A stretch of DNA of 64,000 nucleotides, from contig CAVESF010000009.1 of NCBI GenBank assembly GCA_963618495.1, positions 179 to 64,178 of the forward strand. The letters are read 5' to 3'. The DNA is from Acutalibacteraceae bacterium (GTDB lineage Bacteria > Bacillota > Clostridia > Oscillospirales > CAG-272). Shown here piece by piece: positions 1-7,822 of the stretch (position 1 is the first letter of the stretch; each line of letters starts with the position of its first letter). A program made the translations under genes and the position numbers. The notes below the pieces were generated by a model. It saw only the letters and a list, made by a program, of their open reading frames with translations, was not told the DNA's origin and made no database searches.

Positions 1-752
1 ACTACGCTCTGCGCCGCCGCATAATCGACATCTCCGCAGATTCCGTCTCCGTCGGCATTGATTCCGACATCTATTATCGTCTGCCCTGCCGACATATATT
101 CATCGCTCACCATTCTCGCCTGTCCCGCGCACGCGACGATTATATCGGCACGGCGGCATTCGCCTGCGGTATCGCCGGTTTTCGTATGGCAGACTGTCAC
201 CGTCGCGTTCATGCCAAGCAGAAGCATGGCAAGCGGCTTGCCGACAACCGTGCTTCTGCCTACGACCGTCACACGCTTGCCCGCGAGATTTCCCATTCCG
301 TAATGGCAGAGCATCTCAACGACAGCCTGCGCGGTGCAGGGAGCAAATGCGTTTTTGTCCCCGCGAAAAACGCCCGCAAGCGAGGCGTCCGTCATGCCGT
401 CGACATCTTTTTCCGCAGGAATGAGCGTTCTTATCCGCTCGATATCGAATTTTTTCGGGAGCGGACTGAAAACAAGCATTCCGTGAATGCCCGCGTCATC
501 CGCCGCGCGTTTCGCCGCCGCTTCAAGTTCCTCCTGCGCGGCACTCTCCGAAAGAGCCGTCACCTCAACCGCCGCGCCCGCCACAGAGAATCGCTTTATT
601 ATCGAGCGCTCGTATGCCATGTCGTCCTCTCGGCTTCCAACGCGGAAAACGGCAAGCTTCGGCGTAATGCCCGCTTCCGCAAGGCGCGATATTTCCACCG
701 CCGTTTTATCCAGAATCGCCCTTGCTACGGGCGTACCTCTCAATTCTTCCAT
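1..752 (-). CDS. folD: Bifunctional methylenetetrahydrofolate dehydrogenase/cyclohydrolase FolD; 3' end runs off the window
   Basis: My reverse-strand translation from the ATG at 752 reads MEELRGTPVARAILDK...GKRVTVVGRSTVVGKPLAMLLL...IDVGIN, typical of FolD. It is absent from the ORF track because it is truncated. Confidence 0.85.
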   Translation of the reverse strand, partial: MEELRGTPVARAILDKTAVEISRLAEAGITPKLAVFRVGSREDDMAYERSIIKRFSVAGAAVEVTALSESAAQEELEAAAKRAADDAGIHGMLVFSPLPKKFDIERIRTLIPAEKDVDGMTDASLAGVFRGDKNAFAPCTAQAVVEMLCHYGMGNLAGKRVTVVGRSTVVGKPLAMLLLGMNATVTVCHTKTGDTAGECRRADIIVACAGQARMVSDEYMSAGQTIIDVGINADGDGICGDVDYAAAQSV

Positions 753-766
753 TTTTTCTTCCTTTA

Positions 767-1375
767 TTATATATTATTCAGATAATTTTCCGCCTCATCG
801 TATGCGCGACGGCAAAGGCAGACCGTTTTCTCCGCCGTTTTCGCCGTCGCCACCGCAGTGGCATCTGCCACCGTGCGGTTTTTCATCAGCTTCGTATTGG
901 CATAAACATTGAGCGCCGCGCTTTTTGCCGCCGCTTCGCATACCGCCGCCGCAACACCAGCATCGCTCACGACAAGCCTGCTTCCCTTTTCGGCAAGTTC
1001 GGCGGCAAGCTCCGCCGCATCGCGGCATTTTTCAAGCACGCGGAAAGGCACCTCCGCCGCGCGTACAAGTGCCGCCTCAATTATCTCATCCCTGCCCCCG
1101 ACATCCTTTGGCAAACCGTATGCGCGGGAAAGCGGGAGAAAAGCCTCTTCGTCCTCGCCCATCAGCGCGGTAAATTCCGCGGCAAGGCTCTTTGCCCGCT
1201 CCGAAATCCGCTCTATATCCGCCTGATACTGCGCATATTTTTTCTTGCCGCTCGTCAGCTCGCACACCATGGACGAAAGTGCCGCCGAGAGCGCTCCGCA
1301 GAGTGCCGCGACACCGCCGCCGCCCGGAGACGGCGCGGATGAAGCAAGCTCCGCAATAAATCTTTCTATTTCCAT
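767..1375 (-). CDS. fchA: Methenyl-THF cyclohydrolase / formimino-THF cyclodeaminase-like protein (FTCD_C domain)
   Basis: 202 aa. The N-terminus FIAELASSAPSPGGGGVAALCGALSAAL is typical of cyclodeaminase-domain proteins. GGAGAAG RBS; sits directly upstream of folD. Confidence 0.8.
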   Translation of the reverse strand: MEIERFIAELASSAPSPGGGGVAALCGALSAALSSMVCELTSGKKKYAQYQADIERISERAKSLAAEFTALMGEDEEAFLPLSRAYGLPKDVGGRDEIIEAALVRAAEVPFRVLEKCRDAAELAAELAEKGSRLVVSDAGVAAAVCEAAAKSAALNVYANTKLMKNRTVADATAVATAKTAEKTVCLCRRAYDEAENYLNNI

Positions 1376-1392
1376 TTTTCTTCTCCGATAAA

Positions 1393-2205
1393 TTATTTTT
1401 CCGCGATCGAATGATAAAAATCCAGCGTTTTGAAGCCGCGCTCCATATGGCAGAGCAGATATTTCTCACAGACAGCCGCAAAATCATCAAGTGCATCCGG
1501 CGTCAGTTCAAAGGCGAAAATCCGCTCGGGCTTTGAATACACGGCATAACGCATGGCGATGAAAACATCGGGTGACACAGGCACTATCAGGTGCGCATCG
1601 CGATATATGCCCTCCGCTTCATTCTCTCGTGCGGCATAGAGTTCCATATTCGCCGCGTTTTTGCGAAAGCATTCCTCACAGCGGAATGTGCCGTCGGGAA
1701 TATCTATATAGTAAACGGAAAAATTGTAGTTCCCGCAACCTGCGCAACCGACAAGGTCAGGCATAAAGCCCGCATATGCGGCGCTCCGCAGTTCAAAAAC
1801 CGCCTTTATCTGCGAAAGCGGCTTCTTTTTCCCGCAGATAGCCCAGAAGCAATTGAGCGTGAGGCGCAGAAGCTCCGCATGCTCGCATTCCTCCGTCGCT
1901 TCATCCGCCGCGACATCGGCGATATAACTTGCCAGCGCAAGCCCCTCCAGCGTATCGCGGACGCCGTAGAAACTTTCTTTCAGCGAACATTCCCTTATGT
2001 AATACTTCTCGCTCGAATGCACAAGCACAAATTCGGTATAGCAAAAAAGCTGTGTGGCGACGAAAAAGTCGCTTTTCAGCCTGCGTGCGCCGCGTGCGAA
2101 AACGGAAATGCGTCCGCGCTCCGCCGTGAGCACGGTCATCATCTTGTCCGATTCGCCGAAAGGCGTCTCGCGTAAAACCAAGCCCGATATTCTCACAGGT
2201 TGCAA
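1393..2205 (-). CDS. recO: DNA repair protein RecO
   Basis: GLVLRETPFGESDKMMTVLT N-terminus and a CxxC...CxxC zinc motif (CAGCGN...FRCEEC). The ORF-track GTG at 2214 overlaps the GGAGG RBS, so the TTG at 2205 is the more likely start; the start remains uncertain. Confidence 0.85.
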   Translation of the reverse strand: MQPVRISGLVLRETPFGESDKMMTVLTAERGRISVFARGARRLKSDFFVATQLFCYTEFVLVHSSEKYYIRECSLKESFYGVRDTLEGLALASYIADVAADEATEECEHAELLRLTLNCFWAICGKKKPLSQIKAVFELRSAAYAGFMPDLVGCAGCGNYNFSVYYIDIPDGTFRCEECFRKNAANMELYAARENEAEGIYRDAHLIVPVSPDVFIAMRYAVYSKPERIFAFELTPDALDDFAAVCEKYLLCHMERGFKTLDFYHSIAEK

Positions 2206-2256
2206 GAAACGCACCTCCTTTTCACCCGAATTACAACTCTTTGCCGCAAGGCATAC

Positions 2257-2670
2257 TTACAGAACCATCAGCAACGTTCCGGTGCCGATGAGTATACATC
2301 CTATCAGAGATTTTGCCGTGAACTGTTCATGCAGAAAAACAAATGCAAGCGCCAAAGTAATAACCACGCTCAGCTTGTCTATCGGAACTACCTTTGATGC
2401 CTCTCCTGTCTGCAACGCGCGATAGTAGCATAACCACGAAGCGCCTGTCGCCAAACCGGAAAGAATCAAAAAAATCCAGCTTTTTCTGCCGATACTGCCA
2501 ATTCCGCTCTGAGCGTTGGTGATAAATACCATCAGCCATGACATGGCAAGAACAACCGCCGTTCTGATAGCTGTCGCGAGATTGGAATTAACTCCGTCGA
2601 TACCAACCTTTGCCAATATCGATGTGAGCGCCGCAAACACGGCGGAAAGCAGCGCAAATACAAGCCACAT
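2257..2670 (-). CDS. Small EamA/DMT-family membrane transporter (single EamA domain)
   Basis: 137 aa with four predicted TM segments and an EamA-like sequence (LAKVGIDGVNSNLATAIRT...IDKLSVVITLALAFVFLHE). Confidence 0.7.
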   Translation of the reverse strand: MWLVFALLSAVFAALTSILAKVGIDGVNSNLATAIRTAVVLAMSWLMVFITNAQSGIGSIGRKSWIFLILSGLATGASWLCYYRALQTGEASKVVPIDKLSVVITLALAFVFLHEQFTAKSLIGCILIGTGTLLMVL

Positions 2671-2711
2671 AAAAACACCTTCTCTAAAATTCCAGTTATA
2701 ATTTTTCGGAA

Positions 2712-3596
2712 TCAGTTTTTATAGCCCATGCTAGAAACGAGTGCCGCCTTATCACGCCAGTTTTCCTTGACCTTGACCCAGAGATTCAGATAGACTTTTT
2801 CGCCGAAAAAGCGCTCGAGGTCGGCGCGTGCGCGCGAACCTATCAGCTTGAGCTTCTCGCCGTTTTTGCCGATGATGATAGGCTTATGCGAAGCGCGCTC
2901 GCAGAATATCTCGGCTCGGATGGAAAGCATGCCGCCCTCCTCGTGAAATTCCTCTATGGCGACAGCCACGCCGTGCGGTATTTCATCGCTCAAAGTGAGC
3001 AGAATCTTCTCTCGGATTATCTCGGAAGCGATGATGCGCTCGGGCTGGTCGGTTATCATATCGTCGGGGAAGAAATGCGGACCCTCCTGCGCAAATTTCG
3101 ATATTTCATCTATGATGATATCCGTATTTTCACCGTTTTTCGCGCTTATCGGCACGACGGCGGCAAAATCATATGCCTCGGAGAAACGCAGTATCGTATC
3201 GCCTATCTCGCGTGCATTGCTCTTGTCCGTTTTGTTGACTATGAGCAGAGCCGGCACGCGCATGACGGTAAATTTCTTCATCAGCTCGCGCTCGGTGGGT
3301 CCTATTTTGTCGCCCGCCTCAACGAGGAAAAGGATGATATCTACCTCGCCTGCGGCTTCGCCCGCCTTTTCCATCATATAGTCGCCGAGCTTTGTTCTCG
3401 GCTTGTGAATGCCGGGCGTATCGATGAAAACATACTGTGTTTCGCCCTTTGTCAGTATGCCCGTGATTTTCGTTCTCGTGGTCTGCGGCTTGCTTGAAAC
3501 TATCGATATCTTCTCGCCGAGAAGCGTATTGAGCAGTGTGCTCTTGCCGACATTCGGGCGACCGATTATCGCCGCAAAAAGGTTTTTCGTCTCCAT
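2712..3596 (-). CDS. era: GTPase Era
   Basis: GRPNVGKSTLLN P-loop, DTPG, NKTD, and a C-terminal KH region. Its start overlaps the ybeY stop (TAATG). Confidence 0.95.
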   Translation of the reverse strand: METKNLFAAIIGRPNVGKSTLLNTLLGEKISIVSSKPQTTRTKITGILTKGETQYVFIDTPGIHKPRTKLGDYMMEKAGEAAGEVDIILFLVEAGDKIGPTERELMKKFTVMRVPALLIVNKTDKSNAREIGDTILRFSEAYDFAAVVPISAKNGENTDIIIDEISKFAQEGPHFFPDDMITDQPERIIASEIIREKILLTLSDEIPHGVAVAIEEFHEEGGMLSIRAEIFCERASHKPIIIGKNGEKLKLIGSRARADLERFFGEKVYLNLWVKVKENWRDKAALVSSMGYKN

Positions 3597-4105
3597 TATT
3601 TTTCTCCCTCCGGTATCGCCGTATTGCGGAAAAGTCCCGCCTCGGCAAGGATTTTCTCGCAGGTATCGTTCATATATTTTTCGTCCTCTTCGCTTATCTC
3701 GTGGTCATAGCCGAGCAGATGCAGCATGGAATGCACCGTGAGAAACGCTATCTCGCGCATGGTGCTGTGTCCGTATTCGCGCGCCTGCCGCTCCGCCGTC
3801 TCGAGCGAAATGACGATATCACCCAGTGCCGCTATGCCCTCGGTTATATCCTCAGGCTCGGGCGTGCCGCTTGTCAGCGGGAAGGAAAGCACATCCGTGG
3901 GCTTGTCCTTGCCGCGATACTCGAGATTCATCGCGTGAATCTCGGAATCGAGCACAAATGTGACGGAGATTTCCGCACCGTATGCGAATTTTTCATTTTC
4001 CAGCGTGCGCTTTATCACATCGCGCACCGTCTTTTTCGTCTCGGTCGGTATCGCGGGAACGCCATCGCCGCGCCCGAAATAAATTTTATTTCTCATTTTT
4101 GTCAT
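3596..4105 (-). CDS. ybeY: rRNA maturation RNase YbeY
   Basis: HSMLHLLGYDH zinc-binding motif; 169 aa; lies between phoH and era as in Bacillus. Confidence 0.9.
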   Translation of the reverse strand: MTKMRNKIYFGRGDGVPAIPTETKKTVRDVIKRTLENEKFAYGAEISVTFVLDSEIHAMNLEYRGKDKPTDVLSFPLTSGTPEPEDITEGIAALGDIVISLETAERQAREYGHSTMREIAFLTVHSMLHLLGYDHEISEEDEKYMNDTCEKILAEAGLFRNTAIPEGEK

Positions 4106-5105
4106 TCCTCTTTATGCGGTATTTGTCGCGCTTTTCGCGCTTGTCCTTGTCGTATTTCTCATATGCGAGAATTATCTTCTGCACGAGCCTGTGGCGCACG
4201 ACATCGCGCTCCGTCAGGCGTTGCACCGCTATATCCTCTATGCCGTCGAGAATCTTCACCGCCTCCGCAAGACCGCTGCGCTTGCCGTCAGGCAGGTCAG
4301 TCTGAGTGAGGTCGCCCGTCACCACCGCCTTGGAATTGAATCCAAGACGCGTGAGAAACATTTTCATCTGCTCGGGCGTGGTATTCTGCGCCTCATCAAG
4401 GATGATGAAACTATCGTCAAGCGTTCTGCCGCGCATATATGCGAGCGGTGCTATCTCTATTGCTCCCCGCTCGATATATTTCTGATAAGCCTCGCCGAAC
4501 ATCTCATAGAGCGCATCGTGAAGCGGGCGCAGATAAGGGTCTATTTTCGTTTGCAGGTCGCCGGGGAGAAATCCGAGCTTCTCGCCCGCTTCGACTGCGG
4601 GGCGCGTGAGAATAATGCGCGAAAATTCCTTGTTTCTCAGTGCCGCGCTCGCCACGGCAACGGCAAGAAAGGTCTTGCCCGTTCCCGCGGGACCGACGCC
4701 CATGACTATCGTATTTTTCCTTATCGCGTCGATATATTTCTTCTGCCCGACGGTTTTCGCCCGTATCGGCTTGCCCTTTGTCGTCACGCAGACGCAGTCG
4801 GAATCGAATTTCTCAGGTTCCTCGCCGCTTTTGAGCAGTCCCGCGATGTATTCCGTATTCTGCTCGCCTATCTCGGTGCCGAGCTTCGCCATGCCGAGCA
4901 GAGTTTCCACGGTTTTCGCGGCGAGACGGACATTCTCCTGCTCTTCGCCGCGGATAATGATGCAGTCGCCCGCCGTTGTTTCGCTTATTCTGTTCCCGAT
5001 GGAAACGGAAAATATCTTTTCGATTATCTCCGCGTTTTTGTCGTAGTTTCCGAAGATTGCCGCAGTTTCTTCGGCGCTCTCCGTTGTAACGGTTTTCTCG
5101 TACAT
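4086..5105 (-). CDS. phoH: PhoH-family ATPase
   Basis: GPAGTGKTFLAVA Walker A and ILDEAQN Walker B; conserved yqfD-phoH-ybeY order. Confidence 0.9.
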   Translation of the reverse strand: MYEKTVTTESAEETAAIFGNYDKNAEIIEKIFSVSIGNRISETTAGDCIIIRGEEQENVRLAAKTVETLLGMAKLGTEIGEQNTEYIAGLLKSGEEPEKFDSDCVCVTTKGKPIRAKTVGQKKYIDAIRKNTIVMGVGPAGTGKTFLAVAVASAALRNKEFSRIILTRPAVEAGEKLGFLPGDLQTKIDPYLRPLHDALYEMFGEAYQKYIERGAIEIAPLAYMRGRTLDDSFIILDEAQNTTPEQMKMFLTRLGFNSKAVVTGDLTQTDLPDGKRSGLAEAVKILDGIEDIAVQRLTERDVVRHRLVQKIILAYEKYDKDKREKRDKYRIKRNDKNEK

Positions 5106-5127
5106 TTTGTCTCCTTGAATATGGCGG

Positions 5128-6279
5128 TCATCCGCCGATTTTTACTTCCTTTGCGATATCGATTATGCAGTCCACCTGCTCGTGGAGCGTCAGATATTCT
5201 TCGCCGAAATCAAGCTTTGTGTGACGCGCCAGAATCTCTGCTCCGTCAAGGTCGGCGGAACTTTTCAGCGTCAGCTCGGCGTAAGCCTCGCGCAGGCATT
5301 CCGTCTGCGTGCGCTGTGCCTCTCTCGTCTCGTAGCAGACGTACTCTTTTTCCGCCGTATAAAGCGGCAGAGGCACGCCGAAAAGCGTCACTCTCGTTTT
5401 TCTTTCTATTATATCATAAAACTCTGCCGAAATTCTATCATTTTTGAAAACTTTTATTGATTTTCCGAAAAAAATTATGCTTTTTTCGCCGAGAACGGTA
5501 TTACTGCGCAGTTTTTGCCTGTATCGGACGGGAATTTTTACATCATATTCGAGCGTAGTCCTGCCGTAGACTCTCCCGCGAGAGCGCACAAGCCTGTATC
5601 CGAGCGCCTGCGAATCGATGACGCCGCTGACAAGAAGCTCGCCGCGCTTCACCGTCTGCCCTGCCTTCACCACAGTCGCGCCGCCGCTCACATCGAGCAG
5701 TTCTATCTGCGCGTCGCACGCGGCGATGAGATTCGATGGCGGTGTGAGCGCTTCGATGCTGTCACGTCCCGTGCGTTCGTGTATGTCTATCGTGGCGACG
5801 GTGCCGCGCATATTTATCTTAAACCACGAGAAGCGTCCGTCGTCTTTCGTTATCTCCATGGCGATGCGTTCCTTATCGAGCGATGGGATATACGCGCCTA
5901 TGCGGAAACCATGCCGCTCAAGTGCCGCGAAAATTTCTTCCTCTTCCGTATTTTCCGCGCCGACGATGCGTATATCCCAGACAAAAAGCGTAGAGACAAA
6001 TATCAGCGCCGCCGCAATGATAAAGCCGAGCGCAAGTCCCGCACGCTTCCTGTAGCGGTACAAATCGGCAAGAAGTGAGCGGCGGTGTATCTCCTCGCAG
6101 AGTGGTTCAGCATCTTCGGGAAAGCGATACGGCGTATAAAAAGATATCATCCCGTCACCAGCCTTTTTAGTCGGCGTAAAGGAGATTTTTCTCTCCATGA
6201 GAAGTGAGAGGAGCACGGCGGAGTTTTTCTCACTCGCTTTTACGCGGCAGTAGCCGCGCATATAACGCAGAAATTTCAT
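5128..6279 (-). CDS. yqfD: Sporulation protein YqfD
   Basis: The MKFLRYMRGYCRVKA start at 6279 overlaps the yqfC stop. One central TM segment followed by the VWDIRIVGAE region is typical of YqfD. The 57 upstream codons in the track ORF are probably not translated. Confidence 0.8.
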   Translation of the reverse strand: MKFLRYMRGYCRVKASEKNSAVLLSLLMERKISFTPTKKAGDGMISFYTPYRFPEDAEPLCEEIHRRSLLADLYRYRKRAGLALGFIIAAALIFVSTLFVWDIRIVGAENTEEEEIFAALERHGFRIGAYIPSLDKERIAMEITKDDGRFSWFKINMRGTVATIDIHERTGRDSIEALTPPSNLIAACDAQIELLDVSGGATVVKAGQTVKRGELLVSGVIDSQALGYRLVRSRGRVYGRTTLEYDVKIPVRYRQKLRSNTVLGEKSIIFFGKSIKVFKNDRISAEFYDIIERKTRVTLFGVPLPLYTAEKEYVCYETREAQRTQTECLREAYAELTLKSSADLDGAEILARHTKLDFGEEYLTLHEQVDCIIDIAKEVKIGG

Positions 6280-6536
6280 CTTTTCGCTCCTTTCTCGAAT
6301 GTGACCGTGCGCAGGTCGCCAGAGATGAGCATTTTGCCCTCGCCTGCCCAGCAGAGAGAAAGTCTGCAGCCCGAGATAACGATGTCGTCCTCCCTCGTGC
6401 AGATGCGCGCGCATTCCCTCGTATAGTTCGCGACACCGACGCATCCGCATATCAGGAGCCGCGAGTTTTCCACCATTTCGATGTTGTATTTTCCCGTCGT
6501 CGGAATATCATGTAAAAAGAATGATATCTTTTTCAT
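6276..6536 (-). CDS. yqfC: Sporulation protein YqfC
   Basis: About 86 aa, directly upstream of and overlapping yqfD. The ATG at 6536 lies 8 nt after GGAGGAG. Confidence 0.8.
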   Translation of the reverse strand: MKKISFFLHDIPTTGKYNIEMVENSRLLICGCVGVANYTRECARICTREDDIVISGCRLSLCWAGEGKMLISGDLRTVTFEKGAKR

Positions 6537-6601
6537 AAAAGGCACTCCTCCGCAATAAATTTATATAGCAGTATATATTTTATTACGGGAGGTGTGCCGT
6601 C

Positions 6602-7528
6602 ATGACGAAAAAACGGATTTTCCTGCGGGGCGCGGCGATTCTTTTCTGTGTTTTTCTGCTTTTCTGCGCCGTGATATTTCCCGCCGAGACGGCGGAAAGC
6701 ATCACAGGCTCGCTTTCGCTTGCCGTGCGGCGCGTCGTTCCGTCGCTTTTCGTTTTTTCGGCGCTCGCCTCTTTCTTTGCGAGAATCGGACTTTTTACCC
6801 GCGCGGGCAGACTTGGAGGGTTCTTCGGGCTTTCGCCCGCGTGTACAGCCGTCGCGCTCTGCGGACTGCTTTGCGGCTTCCCCACAAGCGCCGTATGCGC
6901 CCATGCGCTATGGGAAAGCGGCGAGGCGGATGCCGCGGAAATGCGTTCCGTCCTCCCCTTTTGCAGTAATGCCGGCATGGCTTTTGTCGTCGGTTCCGTT
7001 GGCGAAGGCATGCTCGGCAGCAGGCGTGCGGGATATATGCTCTTTCTCCTGCAGACCGTCCTGTCAATTGTATTTATCCTGCTTTTTTGCAGAAGCAAAA
7101 TTTTCGTCGCCATGCTGCCCGCAAGAGGAAAAAAAGAGAGTCTTTCCCATGCGCTTGTCGCCTCCGTTTCGGCGGCGGGCGGTGCCATGCTCACGGTCTG
7201 CGCATTCATCGCGTTTTTCGGCGCGGCAGCGGATATGATATGTCTTGTTTTTCCCTCCGTTCCGCCTTTTTTGTGTGCCTTAATATGCTCTTTTTTTGAA
7301 ATAAGTCGCGGTTGTGCCGAATTTTCGGATGCGGCGGAGCTTTCGCCGCTTCTGCGATATATCGGCGTGGCATTTGCTCTCGGCTTCTCGGGTGTGTCGG
7401 TCGCCTGCCAGATATCCGAGCGCGCGGGCGAAATTTACCTGCCGATATTGCCATATCTTGTAAAAAAACTCGTTTTCGGACTCGCTGTGGCGGCAATCTG
7501 CGGCATTTTCGCGATTTTTGTGATATGA
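6602..7528 (+). CDS. Polytopic membrane protein, YlbJ/nucleoside-recognition-like (sporulation integral membrane protein family)
   Basis: 308 aa, multi-TM, N-terminal PSLFVFSAL motif as in YlbJ/SpmA-type proteins. GGGAGG RBS. Confidence 0.5.
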   Translation: MTKKRIFLRGAAILFCVFLLFCAVIFPAETAESITGSLSLAVRRVVPSLFVFSALASFFARIGLFTRAGRLGGFFGLSPACTAVALCGLLCGFPTSAVCAHALWESGEADAAEMRSVLPFCSNAGMAFVVGSVGEGMLGSRRAGYMLFLLQTVLSIVFILLFCRSKIFVAMLPARGKKESLSHALVASVSAAGGAMLTVCAFIAFFGAAADMICLVFPSVPPFLCALICSFFEISRGCAEFSDAAELSPLLRYIGVAFALGFSGVSVACQISERAGEIYLPILPYLVKKLVFGLAVAAICGIFAIFVI

Positions 7529-7602
7529 AATTTACATAAAACTATAGAAATATTGTTTTATATGTGTTATACTATAAAAAAATACTCTCCGAGGTGGTTT
7601 TC

Positions 7603-7809
7603 ATGCGCAAAAAGAACGATGATATGCCGCGTTGCTGTGCCTACTGCGAAAAGGCAACGCCGCTCGAAACGGGCGATATGCTCTGCCGCAAAAAGGGCGT
7701 TGTCGCCGATACATACTGCTGCCGCGGTTTTAAATTCGATATACTCAAGCACGAGCCGAAAAGAAAGCGTGAGCTTCCCGAATTTTCGCCCGTGTACATA
7801 GACGACTGA
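7603..7809 (+). CDS. Small Cys-rich hypothetical protein
   Basis: 68 aa from the ATG at 7603, preceded by a GAGGTGG RBS. Cysteine pattern CC-x2-C...C...CC. Sits directly upstream of mutS2. Confidence 0.4.
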   Translation: MRKKNDDMPRCCAYCEKATPLETGDMLCRKKGVVADTYCCRGFKFDILKHEPKRKRELPEFSPVYIDD

Positions 7810-7822
7810 TAAAGGGAAATTT

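Noticed and set aside
4191-5447. Long antisense or shadow ORFs opposite confident genes (also 7567-8148, 9340-9960, 20033-20884, 22063-23109, 33115-33990, 37039-37971, 43700-44326, 49688-50323, 56779-57444)
   Set aside because: Each fully overlaps a gene with strong family motifs on the other strand. Their products are Arg/Ser/Ala-rich and low in complexity, which is typical of GC-rich shadow frames.
6280-6450. 57-codon N-terminal extension of yqfD in the ORF track
   Set aside because: The extension overlaps yqfC out of frame and is Arg-rich. The internal ATG at 6279 gives the typical YqfD N-terminus and the usual yqfC-yqfD start/stop overlap.
6533-7209. Minus-strand ORFs of 123 and 208 aa opposite the YlbJ-like gene
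   Set aside because: Their products are rich in Arg/Lys/Ala/Ser and low in complexity, with no RBS. The plus-strand frame, in contrast, gives a coherent multi-TM protein with a good RBS.
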